Shown in pieces: positions 38,650 through 48,824 of a stretch of 64,000 nucleotides of DNA (position 1 is its first letter; each line of letters begins with the position of its first letter). Under the pieces are notes generated by a model. That model worked only from the letters and a program-made list of their open reading frames with translations. It was not told the origin of the DNA and did no database searches. The translations under genes were made by a program, and so were the position numbers. Origin of the DNA: an uncultured Verrucomicrobiae bacterium (lineage in GTDB: Bacteria > Verrucomicrobiota > Verrucomicrobiia > Limisphaerales > AAA164-E04); the NCBI GenBank assembly GCA_951813855.1, contig OX638380.1, forward strand, positions 386,876 through 450,875, given 5' to 3'.

Positions 38650-41090
38650 CTACCGATTCATGACAATTTCGTCTGGACTACGGGCTCGCCTCCCTGATCC
38701 GCAGCCCTCTTTAGTCCGATCTCAATACCCTTTTCAATACCGATCTGGATACCAACGTGGTGGGCTAACAAGGAGGTAGATAACTTGTTATAACCGTTCC
38801 AAATGATTTGATGTCCCGGAACCTTGTCCTGTTTTCGCTGACGAAATCCTCCGAGATGGGCCATTAATTGAACGGCAGGGCCGAGGCTTGCCGGTGGTTC
38901 CAAGCGGTAAATTTTGGCGTAGTCGTTGAGAAAGTTCAACTCGTCGCTGGTAAACATAATCTCGGGGTTCCAATCGGGCGATTGCCGTCCCAGTAAAGTC
39001 ATGACCATGATCCGCCAAGCGATCACGGCCTGGATCGCAATGACCCGTCGCAAGCGTTCAGCAGTGCGAAACAGCAGCGCTTCAATTTTACATCCCGACT
39101 TGAGAACTCGAAAATAATCCTCGATTTGCCACCGTTGCAAATAATACTCGACCACCTGTTGCGCCCGGTTGGCGTCCTTCACTTCCAAGGTAGTCAGCAA
39201 GTGCCATTGTACGGGAGGTTCGTCTTCGGGCGGACTGATCTCCTTAATGTGGACTGTCGACAACTTGATGGGAGCGACTCCCTTGATGATCGCCGGCAGG
39301 GTTAACTGACGGAAGCGTAACTCGCATTGGGCTACGCGCTTAAGCCGAGCGGGCCTCGCTGGCTGGCGACTTGATTTCAGCCGTTCCGTTAACCCCTTGA
39401 TTTCGACCTCCATGATGCGACGGGCCGGCCCTTCGCTCATTTGATCGAACAGCTTCGGCACTTTCTTTCCTATAATTCGATTATGATGAGCCCGGACTAA
39501 CAAGTTCACTCGCGGATGATGGCGTTGCGCCTCGAACAATTCAAAAAAGTCCGCCTCCCGATCACCCACGGCAATCACTTGGGTCTTGCCACTGACCTGA
39601 CGTGCGGCCTTGGGCCGTATCCTTGAAGCCCTCCAGCCAGCGGTCCGTCTTTTTGCCTTTTTTGCTCGGCTCTGAGTGCTGAGTTAGCCGGTCGAATCCC
39701 AAGCGTAATATCCCCAATGGCAGTCCTTGGTCCGTGACAACCATGGTCGTATGCATCTGGATTCCGGCGGTCTTGGAATTCGTCTGGTTTCTGCCGATGA
39801 TCTGTAACCCTTCGCAACCGGGGCGAGTGGCAAATCTGAGATCGGTGCCGTCCTGAATCGCCAGCACCGTGGTTTGATTTCGGAACCGTTGCACGCTGCG
39901 ATGGCGATGGGTCGCCAAAATGTTTGCTACCGTCACTCCGCTGTCGTCCGGCTTCTCGACCAGGCGATAGAAGGCATTGATGGCGGTCAAATCATTCTCT
40001 GGGGCGGCATTGATTTTCTCTCCCATATGTTGTGCTAGCAGTGGGACGCTTCTGACCAGACGGGCCGTCAATCGCTTATCGCCCAACGGAGCTTCGCCAA
40101 ATTCATTCTTCGCCCATTCCGAGGTGTTCAAGCCGGCTCCCGGTTCCAAGGCCGGAGCATGGTCGACCCAAGGCACTTGTAATGCTCGCCGCCAGCCGGG
40201 AGTCAAGGCGTACATGTAAATCGTTTTAACCGTTTTTTCAAACCGTTTGTGACGATCTTGACGACCGCGACCGACCGTTTGACCAACGCACACGAAATTA
40301 GCGGCGCGCAAGCAGGTCCCCTCGTATCCTTCGTCGGTAAAACTTTCGACGAGTAACGGTCGATAGTCATACTGAGATTTAAAATCATCGGGCAAGCGTC
40401 GCAAAATAATCCCCAACACGTGGCTGGCCAGATGCTGACAACGAACGGACGGGCGGATGAGAAATCGACTCAGCCCCACCACTCGGTGAAGCTGATCCCG
40501 ACGTTGTTCCTCGCTCCAAGCTATCCAACGATCCCGGGCCGTGAGCCGTACAGCGGAAGCGGAGAATCCGGCCGCTCCCAGCCAACCATGCGCGGAACCA
40601 ATCAGATAACGGATTTGGCAACCCACGAAAGTTGTATTCCCTTGAGGATGTTCGTTGGCGATGAGCGTGTTCCACACCGGGCGATTATCGTCGGTCACGA
40701 CCATCACCTCCAAATCAGTAATCTTCGCTAGGGTCGGAGGTACGGCTTTCGGTAGCGAAACAGCCTTGTCGAGTAATCGAGGAGTTGACTTCACGGCCGG
40801 CCGACGGGCCGCCGGCAATGACAGACCTTTCGTCGTCTCCAGTTGCGACAGTGCCTTTAGGCACCCCGCCAGTTGAGGTCGCCCTTGGGGATTGAAAAAA
40901 CGAAATTCCTGGCAGATTCGTCGGCCTAAATCACTTCGGCTATTAAACTGTTCTTGGGTAAGAATCGCCGTAATTCGCAGAAGCGAACCCTCCAGATGCA
41001 ACGTTCGGCAGATATGAGATTGCGCCATACGGCAGCTAGTATATCCATTCAAAAATAGATTGTCCAGTCTTTTTTTCCATTAGACGGTAG
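38650..41090 (-). mobile_element. IS4-family (Tn5/IS50-like) insertion sequence, 2441 bp
   Basis: Ends CTACCGATTCATGAC...GTCTGGAC / CTACCGTCTAATGG...GACTGGAC in inverted orientation. The 8-bp direct repeat GGCTAGGA directly flanks it (38642-38649 / 41091-41098). Confidence 0.7.
38658..41052 (-). pseudogene. Tn5-like DDE transposase with a DUF4338-like N-terminal module, split by one frameshift (ORFs 39562..41052 and 38658..39578)
   Basis: ORF1: DUF4338-like (GCQIRYLIGSAHGWLGAAGF..RDRWIAW..LSRFLIR..ESFTDEGYEGTCLRAANF), then a Tn5-type N-terminal region (...LAIQDGTDLRF...KKTDRWLEGF). ORF2: VIAVGDREADFFELF...YYLQRWQIEDYFRVLKSGCKIE. The ORF2 frame is already open and coding-like upstream of its Met (RPKAARQVSGKTQVIAVGD), which places a 1-nt indel near 39605-39630. 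Confidence 0.8.
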
Positions 41091-41361
41091 GGCTAGGAAA
41101 CGCGGCTCCCAAGGACCGCAGGTGAGCCCTGAACGGAGCAATTACAGCAGCAGTCCGACATGCATGCCCCCCCAAGGCGTATTTCGGCCACCAAAAAAAG
41201 CCTTGTCAAAGATCCAGATTTCGTCATGATGTTCCGAAATCGCGACTCGAGCCAGGGTGATGAAAAGAGGCGATACGAAATTCGCCGAGGAGCCAGATTT
41301 TAACTGATCCGTCGAAAGGATGGTCACACCGCTATCTGGGACGCTAACGAGAAAGAACCAC

Positions 41362-42891
41362 ATGCGGATGAAATCGCTGCACATCACGGCTGTTTTAGGA
41401 ACGGCCGCCATCATAGTCGCTACGCTTGCTTTGTTTTTTTATATCAAAGCGTTGGATGCCGACAAAAACGAAGGCAACTCAGAAGCTACCCATGCTGAGT
41501 TCACGGCCATTGCGGCGGGATATGATCACTCAGTGGCCTTGAGAACAGACGGTTCCGTGGTCGCTTGGGGGAAGAACAAAGACGATCGAAAGAAAGTACC
41601 GAATGGCCTGAAGGACGTGACGGCCATTGCGGCGGGAGCCTTACACACCGTGGCCTTGAGAACAGACGGTTCCGTGGCCGCTTGGGGGAATAACGAATAC
41701 GGTCAAACGGATGTGCCTAATGGACTGAAGGACGTGACGGCCATTGCGGCGGAAAGAAGTCACACCGTGGCCTTGAGAACGGACGGTTCCGTGGTCGCTT
41801 GGGGGAATAACGAATACGATCAAACGGATGTGCCGAATGGACTGAAGGACGTGACGGCCATTGCGGCGGGAAGAAGTCACACCGTGGCCTTGAGAACGGA
41901 CGGTTCCGTGGTCGCTTGGGGGTCGAACGAATCCGGTCAAACGGATGTGCCGAATGGACTGAAAGACGTGTCGGCCATTGCGGCGGGAGCCGAGCACACC
42001 GTGGCCTTGAGAACGGACGGTTCCGTGGTCGCTTGGGGGGCTAACAGATCCGGTCAAACGGAGGTGCCGAATGGACTGAAGGACATAACGGCAATTGCGG
42101 CGGGATATTTTCACACCGTGGCCTTGAGAACGGACGGTTCCGTAGTCGCTTGGGGGTGGAACGAATCCGGGCAAACGGATGTGCCAAATGGACTGAAAGA
42201 CGTGACAGCCGTTGCGGCGGGATACAAGCACACCATGGCCTTGAGAACGGACGGTTCCGTGGCCGCCTAGGGGTGGGACAAATGGGGTCAAACGGATGTA
42301 CCGAATGGACTGAAGGACGTGATGGCCATTGCGGCAGGAGACTTACACACCGTGGCCTTGAGAACGGACGGTTCTGTGGTCGCTTGGGGGTGGGACATGT
42401 GGGGTCAAACGGATGTGCCGAATGGACTGAAGGATGTGACGGCCGTTGCGGCGGGATATTTTCACACCGTGGCCTTGAGAACGGACGGCTCCGTGGCCGC
42501 TTGGGGGCGGGACATATGGAGTCAAACGGAGGTGCCGAATGGACTGAAGGACGTGACGGCCATTGCGGCGGGAGCCTTACACACCGTGGCCTTGAGAACA
42601 GACGGTTCCGTGGCCGCCTGGGGGTGGAACAATTCCGGTCAAACGGATGTGCCGAATGACCTGAAGGACGTGACGGCCATTGCGGCGGGAGCCGAGCACA
42701 CCGTGGCCTTGAGAACGGACGGTTCCGTGGTCGCTTGGGGGGATAACGATTTCGGTCAAACGGATGTGCCGAATAGACTGAAGGACGTGACGGCCATTGC
42801 GGTGGGAGCCGAACACACCGTGGCCTTGAGAACGGACGGTTCCGTGGTCGCTTGGGGGGAATTAACGGGTTTGAACGCCATTTTGAACTGA
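41362..42891 (+). pseudogene. membrane-anchored RCC1-like repeat protein gene interrupted by an in-frame TAG (ORFs 41320..42270 + 42319..42891, same frame)
   Basis: N-terminal TM (ITAVLGTAAIIVATLALFFYI), then 12 units of the type AIAAGxxHTVALRTDGSVVAWGxNxxGQTDVPNGLKDVT. TAG at 42268-42270 replaces the conserved Trp codon (GCC TAG GGG versus GCT/GCC TGG GGG in the other units). Confidence 0.8.
41503..42891 (+). repeat. tandem array of 12 units of 117 bp (39 codons) with very high nucleotide identity
   Basis: Unit starts at 41503, 41620, ... with a period of exactly 117. Long identical strings such as CACACCGTGGCCTTGAGAACGGACGGTTCCGTGGTCGCTTGGGGG recur. Confidence 0.9.
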
Positions 42892-43183
42892 ACGATCTGA
42901 CGAAAAGGGCGCATTCCCGTTATCAAGGATTTCATGTTTCGCTTCTGTCAGAAGATGAGTGATCTCTTTTCATCCGACGTCCCTGGTTGATCGTCAGGCG
43001 GCTTCAGATCTAATATTCTCGACCCTCAACGTTTGCTTTCGAGTGGCATTCAATTGCCGTTCCAGCAAAATTACGGGAATAATCCCAAGCCCCGTGATTT
43101 CAGAAAGCCAGTGCTGAAAGCACAAGAAGATCTTATCCGGTATCAACCGAGGGTGATCGAACCGAGAACCAGAGCGCTGTTAC

Positions 43184-44735
43184 TCACCACTTTATTTCGG
43201 GAAAACGTTCGTTTTTATTCCGTATTATTTCGGACGTAAACGCTATGATCCGGCGGTCGGCTGCCCCATAGTGATGTTCTTTGGCCGTCAACGACTCCCC
43301 AACTCCCCCCATGGTTCTGCCGTTGGAACTTCCAGCGGATCCTTTGCGCTTTCGACGCCGGCGAAAGTGACAACCATTCCGCCGCTCGGTTATGGCAGCG
43401 TCATCCCAACGCCCAACGACTAAGGCCTTCTGGGGCTAAAGACTGGAACGACCTGCTGCGAAGCCATGGACCCGCTCCCCTAATCCCAACCGAATGTTCT
43501 TTTCCAAGCAGTCTATTCATCAAACCGTTGCCCGTTCAGAATCGGTCGTCACTTCCAGCTGCCCCACCTCAATTAGCTCCCGGATTATTGTGAAAAAATT
43601 CGCCCGAAATAACGTGACGAATAACACCGTCGACGACCGTTCGGTCCACGTCGCTTAACGGCAGGATCAACTCCGCAAGCTTTCGTCTCCGATCGTAGAA
43701 TCCCCCGATTCAACCCCGACATGAACCAATTCGGAAGACATGCAAAGACAGCGCGGAATCACCAGTCGACTGTAGCGCTTGCGCCCCTTGAAGAGAGCGT
43801 TGGCCAAGACCGGCCGGGACATAATATCGGAGGCATGAATAACCCAATGCCGGGAACAAACGTCGCCCAAGCATAAATCCGGGAATTAGAGGTGCGGAAA
43901 TAGCATCGGTTTCGACCCCTTGGACCGAACAACGAACTTTCGCTTTCTCTAATTCCATGCCCTTTCAGATTCGGCGTGTGTCCAGCAGCGATCAACTGCC
44001 GGTCCATCGTCTCCTCTCGTTCGGTGCCGCCGTACCGTTCCTGAACGCGGATGCCTTGCCCGTCAGTTTCGACTTCGAGCCGACGCCCCTGAGTGAAGAT
44101 CCAAACTCCGTCTTCGCGCAACACCCGTGTCACGACCTCGACCGCATCCCGGCTTTCCATCAGCAAAACTCCTCATACCGAAGCGAACAAACTGACGGGC
44201 GAACCCAACCATGAAAAGATCTGAGCCATCTCGCACCCGATTAACCAGGCCCCGACCACTCCCGGTTGTTCGAGCAATCGGTAAGGAAGAATATCGATTC
44301 GTTGGTATCGAACGAAACTTGCTCCAGTCCTGGAATCGCCGGGACCGAGGCACGCGAGCCGGTACAAATAACGGCCTTAACAAATCGAAGAATCCAGCTG
44401 CCGACCTAGACAGAGGTGCAATCGACAAAGCGGACCTGTACCCAAAAGATATCGACTCTCATTTCCGTAATCCGCTCGACCGAATCGAAACCGCTCAGGT
44501 CGCAACGCAAGCGCCACATCCTGGTCATCACCTCGGAAAAAACGACTTTCGGATCACCGGAAATGCTAATCACTAATCCGGCTGCCTAGGTGATTCCGCT
44601 TACCGCCCGAGCCGGAACGGTGATCGATTTGAAAGGCTCGCACCCTGCATTCTGGCAATCGCCTCCCATCAGGTCGCGCGCTATCAAAACTACCCGTGCA
44701 TTCATCTCCGCCGTGCCGGCTCCGATCAAGACTAT
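43184..44735 (-). pseudogene. class-I pyridine-nucleotide-disulfide oxidoreductase (mercuric-reductase/Lpd-like), multiply frameshifted
   Basis: Family motifs are spread over at least 4 frames. IVLIGAGTAEMNARVVLIARDLMGGDCQNAGCEPFKS (FAD site plus redox CxxxxC) near 44735-44590. LLEQPGVVGAWLIGCEMAQIFSWLGSPVSLF (NAD site) at 44173-44367. AVEVVTRVLREDGV...DRQLIAAGHTPNLKG...FRTSNSRIYAW at 43759-44166. VIPRCLCMSSELVHVGV at 43667-43870. There is no start codon, and a TAG lies two codons upstream of IVLIGAG. Confidence 0.65.
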
Positions 44736-44855
44736 ATTCTAATCGTCGACCGGTTCCGGATTCCGGGAGGCTTCAGAACGAACCTCGGCTACCAATTTCC
44801 GGTCGTGCTCGTCCCGAAGATCCAGAGAATCGAAATCAGTCATCGAAGGTTTCGG

Positions 44856-45587
44856 TCATGTCGGCCGACGGGTTTTGCCAAAGCGGGAGGAGAGACGTTT
44901 GATCGCGAGCGGAAAAACACCCAACAAGGTCAAGGACAAAAGCAACGGCCAAGACAATATGCCGCCCATTCCCCGCTCCACCAACTGCTCCAGCGACGGC
45001 AGGGAAGCTCCGAAATAGACGTAAACCACAGTACCGGGAAGCATGCCGACTTGACTGACCCACCAAAAAGTCCCCAACCGAATCTTGGTCACTCCCATGG
45101 CCAGATTGATCACGAAAAAAGGAACTCCCGCAAACAAACGCAAAGCGAACAGATAATAGGCGCCTTCGGCCTCGAACGCTCGAATATGCTTCTCGAGTTT
45201 CCGGCCGGTGATGCTACGCAAGTGCTCTCCGAAAAGGAATCGGCAACCCCAAAAAGCGATGGCAGCCCCCGAGGTCGAAGCGAAACTGACTAGCGGCAAA
45301 GCGATCCAGAACCCAAACAACCAAGCCAGAACTACCGTCATTACGGTGGCTCCCGGCAAGGAAACGCCGACGAAAGCGACGTAGATAACGAACGACAGAG
45401 CGACCGCTCGAAACAAATGATTTTCCTGCCATTGACGCAACTCTCGTTCGCGAAGCGCTAGATTTTCCAGACTCAGCAAGTCGCCGAAATAATAAAACCC
45501 GGCAGCTATTCCGATCACGGCCAGGCTCAACAAGATCAATCCGAAGGTTCTTGCATTCGCCCTCAATAACCAAAACCGCTCGGTCAT
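44856..45587 (-). CDS. TVP38/TMEM64 (DedA-related, SNARE-associated) family membrane protein
   Basis: 243 aa. ...SFVIYVAFVGVSLPGATVMTVVLAWLFGFW...GAAIAFWGCRFLFGE...YYLFALRLFAGVPFFVINLAMGVT... is the typical pattern. Confidence 0.8.
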   Translation of the reverse strand: MTERFWLLRANARTFGLILLSLAVIGIAAGFYYFGDLLSLENLALRERELRQWQENHLFRAVALSFVIYVAFVGVSLPGATVMTVVLAWLFGFWIALPLVSFASTSGAAIAFWGCRFLFGEHLRSITGRKLEKHIRAFEAEGAYYLFALRLFAGVPFFVINLAMGVTKIRLGTFWWVSQVGMLPGTVVYVYFGASLPSLEQLVERGMGGILSWPLLLSLTLLGVFPLAIKRLSSRFGKTRRPT

Positions 45588-46213
45588 CCTGAACGGGAAG
45601 CTACTCGCCCTTCGATTGAAAAATGACTAAGCACAACGCACTCGCCGTTTCGGAGATCCTAATACGAGTGTCGCTTCGCCGTAGGCAGCAGGACAGTTCC
45701 TCGAAAAAACCTTCCGGCCGTCTTTCGAAAAAATCGCCCAGCTTCGTAACCCACAACCATCCGGTTCCAGCGGTTCCATTATTTCAAAAAGTAGGTAACG
45801 GACTGATCTTCCGTATCGGTCCCCTCAAATCCCTCAGGCAATTATCCGTCAAAGGCTTCGGCGACGCGCCTCAATATCCGCAGGATAATATGCTCGCTAC
45901 GCGCTTCCACGATCGGAGCGTTGGACTCGTTACGGACAATCGAATCCGTTCGAGCCAGATAGACGGACAAATCCCCGACGTTGACTGGAAAGATCGGGCA
46001 CGACTATATTCGGGGTGCTCGAATGTCAATCTTAATTCACCCCGGCTCCCACGAACGACATTCCCGTTCGACCGCGTTTTTAGCTCGTCGCATCCCAGCG
46101 TCCGCCGGAAGGCTTGCACATAAAACGATCGATTGGCGATCGTCCCGTTAAGAGCACCACGCTTGGAAATCGCGAAACGATTAATGGCACGGCGAAACGT
46201 TCGAGTCGCCGCC

Positions 46214-47497
46214 TCAGTCGACCCGGTAGAGATGCGACCGGGTCCGCAGAATCAACGAATTGCCGGCGACCGCCGCCGAAGCCATAAATCCATCGTCCAA
46301 CTCGTTAGTTTCCAAAACCCGAAACTGTTTGGCCGCAGCGATAACCGTCGTTTTCCCCTCTTCGCTGAAGAAGTAAATAGCCTGGCCATGCAACAGCGGC
46401 GACGCGGAATAATTGCCTCCGATGCGTTCCTGCCAATAGACCTGGCCGGTGCCGGCGTCCATGCAGGAGGCCACGCCGCCGTCGTGGATCATAAACAGCA
46501 ACGAATCGGTAAGAATCATGGACGGTTTATTGGATACGCTCCGCTTCATTTGCCAGAGCACATGGGTAGCGGTCACGTCCCCCGCCCCACCGGGATTGAC
46601 GCACCATAACTGACCTTTCGGAAAACCCGTGGCGTAATAGATCCGGTCCTTTCCGACGGTCGGACGGGTGCTGCCCGAATGGCTGACTCGGGACTCGACT
46701 CGCCAGAGTTCGCGGCCGCTCAACGGATCGTAGCCGTAAAGACATTTCGACCCCAAACTCACCAATACGGGCCCTCGATCGAAACGGGCGATCTGAGGCG
46801 TGGAAAAGGCCTTGCGAAAATCACCGTCCATCATGGGCTTTCCGTTGCGGTCCAAATCCCGGAAATCGATGGAACGCTTGGTGCGCCAAACCGTCCGCCC
46901 AGTGTACTTATCCAAGGCGATCACGAACTGGTAATCGCTCCCGTCGAAATTCATGATCAACAGATCCCCGTGAAGAATCGGCGAGGAACCGGAGCCCCGG
47001 AAGTGGTTGCACTCGATATCCGTTCGCTTCCAAATCTCCGCCTTGGTCGCCCGGTCCAAACACACCGTGCCGGGAGAGCCGAAAGTGAGATAAACCCGTT
47101 CCTCGTCCAGCACCGGAGTCGGCGAAGCGTAAGAGTTGAATTTGTGGGCGAACTGAGGATTTTCCACCGAAAACAGCAGGCGGTCGTAGACGATCTTTCC
47201 GGTCTCGCAATCGACGCAAATTCCCGAAAGCTCCTTCCCGTCCTCGGTCGCCGTGGTGAGCCAGATATCCTGATCCCCTACTACCGGAGAGGACCATCCC
47301 TTGCCGTGAATCGGAGTTTTCCAGGCCACGTTCTGCCCTTCGCCCCAAGACCGCGGCAAGCGTTCGGCCTGAGACGTCCCCTGCCCGTCCGAACCCCGAA
47401 ATTGCGACCATTCGGGCGATTCGCTCGTCGTCCGAAACGCACCGGCCACCACCAACAGACCGACCGCGATCCATCGCATGCTCATCCTCATCGCCAA
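46214..47497 (-). CDS. secreted PQQ-like beta-propeller repeat protein (paralog of 15785..17065)
   Basis: PEWSQFRGSDGQGTS...VAWKTPIHGKGWSSPVV... Same length (427 versus 426 aa) and same motif order as the paralog. Confidence 0.75.
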   Translation of the reverse strand: MAMRMSMRWIAVGLLVVAGAFRTTSESPEWSQFRGSDGQGTSQAERLPRSWGEGQNVAWKTPIHGKGWSSPVVGDQDIWLTTATEDGKELSGICVDCETGKIVYDRLLFSVENPQFAHKFNSYASPTPVLDEERVYLTFGSPGTVCLDRATKAEIWKRTDIECNHFRGSGSSPILHGDLLIMNFDGSDYQFVIALDKYTGRTVWRTKRSIDFRDLDRNGKPMMDGDFRKAFSTPQIARFDRGPVLVSLGSKCLYGYDPLSGRELWRVESRVSHSGSTRPTVGKDRIYYATGFPKGQLWCVNPGGAGDVTATHVLWQMKRSVSNKPSMILTDSLLFMIHDGGVASCMDAGTGQVYWQERIGGNYSASPLLHGQAIYFFSEEGKTTVIAAAKQFRVLETNELDDGFMASAAVAGNSLILRTRSHLYRVD

Positions 47498-47617
47498 AAG
47501 GTTTAACGGTTAATCGCAGGAAAGGAAATCCTTTTGCCAACCGATCGCCCCAAGATTTTTCTTGGACAATCGTTCTCTGAATCGTTAGGAAGAAGTAAGA
47601 CGAATTGCAGCGAAGTA

Positions 47618-48775
47618 ATGGAATCGAAAACGAAGCAGCTACTAACGGGAGTCCTTTTTTGGGTCGGATTCCTGAACCTGAGTTTGGGCAGCCTGCAGGG
47701 ACAAGGCGTGGGGGTCAGTTTTCATCCGATCGATATTCCCCAGGGTTATTCGCTGATCGCCAACCCCCATTTCAGTTCCTCCAATCGAATCCTCGATCTG
47801 ATTCAAGGGCAACCGGACGGCTTGGAAGTCATCAAACTGACGGGCGATACCTGGCAAACCAACCGGTATTCCGCAGCGACGAGCAGTTGGAGTCTATCGG
47901 CGATGACCTTGACCCCGGGTGAAGGGGCGCTGTTCAACAGTCCGGAAGCCTTCACTTGGAACAGCATCGGCAAGCCCTCGGTCGGCAAACTCGAGAACTA
48001 CATTCCGGCCGGAATTTCGATGCGCTCCAGCATTCTGCCTCTGGAAGGTTTGATTTCGAGCACTCTGGATTTTCCGCCCTTGGACGGACTGATTCTCTCA
48101 ACCGTCGATCCCGCCGACGGCACCTTTTCCGTATTGGCCACGTATGAAAACGATGCTTGGCAACCGACAGAACCGGTACTGCCCATCGGCAAAGCCTTTT
48201 TGGTCGACGCCCCTTCGGGTGTCCTCTGGACGAAAGACTTTCAAACCCCGGACGACGACAACCCCCTGAGCGTCGTCACGGAACCCCAGGATCTCGAATT
48301 GATGGAGGGCGGAGAAATATCGCTTTCGGTGGAAGTCGACGGAGCGACCGACCTCCGTTACCAATGGCAGCTTAACGGCAACGATATCGAAGGCGCTACT
48401 GAGACGACCTACACCGTCGAGTCGGCATTGCCGACGATGTCCGGCAGTTACTCGGCCGTCGTTTACTCGAAGAGCCACTCCGTGCGTTCGCGGCAGGCGA
48501 CGGTTCTTGTGACCGCGAAAACGGTCGACCCGGAACCGAATCCCCCTACCGGCCTAACCGTGACCGTCAGTCTGAACGAGGACGGTAGCCAAATGATCGT
48601 CACCATTTCCGGTGACCCCGGGAAAGCGGTGCAAGTCGAGACCACGCCGACGCTCTCGGGACAAGAATGGACCGTGAAAGCCGACGATCTCGTCATTGGA
48701 GAAACCGGTCAAGCCACCCATACGGAGACCGTCGAAATCGGGAAATCGCTGTTCGTCAGGGCTCTCGCCAAATAG
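47618..48775 (+). CDS. secreted protein with an immunoglobulin (I-set-like) domain
   Basis: Signal-like MESKTKQLLTGVLFWVGFLNLSLGSLQG. Ig-like segment PQDLELMEGGEISLSVEVDGATDLRYQWQLNGNDIEGATETTYTVESALPTMSGSYSAVV. Start moved to ATG 47618. Confidence 0.55.
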   Translation: MESKTKQLLTGVLFWVGFLNLSLGSLQGQGVGVSFHPIDIPQGYSLIANPHFSSSNRILDLIQGQPDGLEVIKLTGDTWQTNRYSAATSSWSLSAMTLTPGEGALFNSPEAFTWNSIGKPSVGKLENYIPAGISMRSSILPLEGLISSTLDFPPLDGLILSTVDPADGTFSVLATYENDAWQPTEPVLPIGKAFLVDAPSGVLWTKDFQTPDDDNPLSVVTEPQDLELMEGGEISLSVEVDGATDLRYQWQLNGNDIEGATETTYTVESALPTMSGSYSAVVYSKSHSVRSRQATVLVTAKTVDPEPNPPTGLTVTVSLNEDGSQMIVTISGDPGKAVQVETTPTLSGQEWTVKADDLVIGETGQATHTETVEIGKSLFVRALAK

Positions 48776-48824
48776 AAAATGGTGGTGGCCCCGCGGGCCA
48801 GCGTCGGCACCGGAGCATGACCGT

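Noticed and set aside
41503-42891. Regular 117-bp repeats considered as a possible CRISPR-like array, plus the repeated antisense ORFs (e.g. 41641..42291 -, 42150..42659 +)
   Set aside because: There are no unique spacers. The whole unit repeats, is in frame, and encodes an RCC1-like motif. The antisense and alternative-frame ORFs are by-products of the repeat.
46679-47540. 275-aa + ORF and 210-aa alternative minus ORF over the second PQQ-propeller gene
   Set aside because: Shadow or alternative frames. The 46214..47497 frame is collinear with the paralog at 15785..17065.
48786-48800. Short GC hairpin TGGCCC-CGC-GGGCCA between convergent genes, a possible bidirectional terminator
   Set aside because: The stem is only 6 bp, the loop is 3 nt, and there are no flanking U-tracts. 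Evidence is too weak to annotate.
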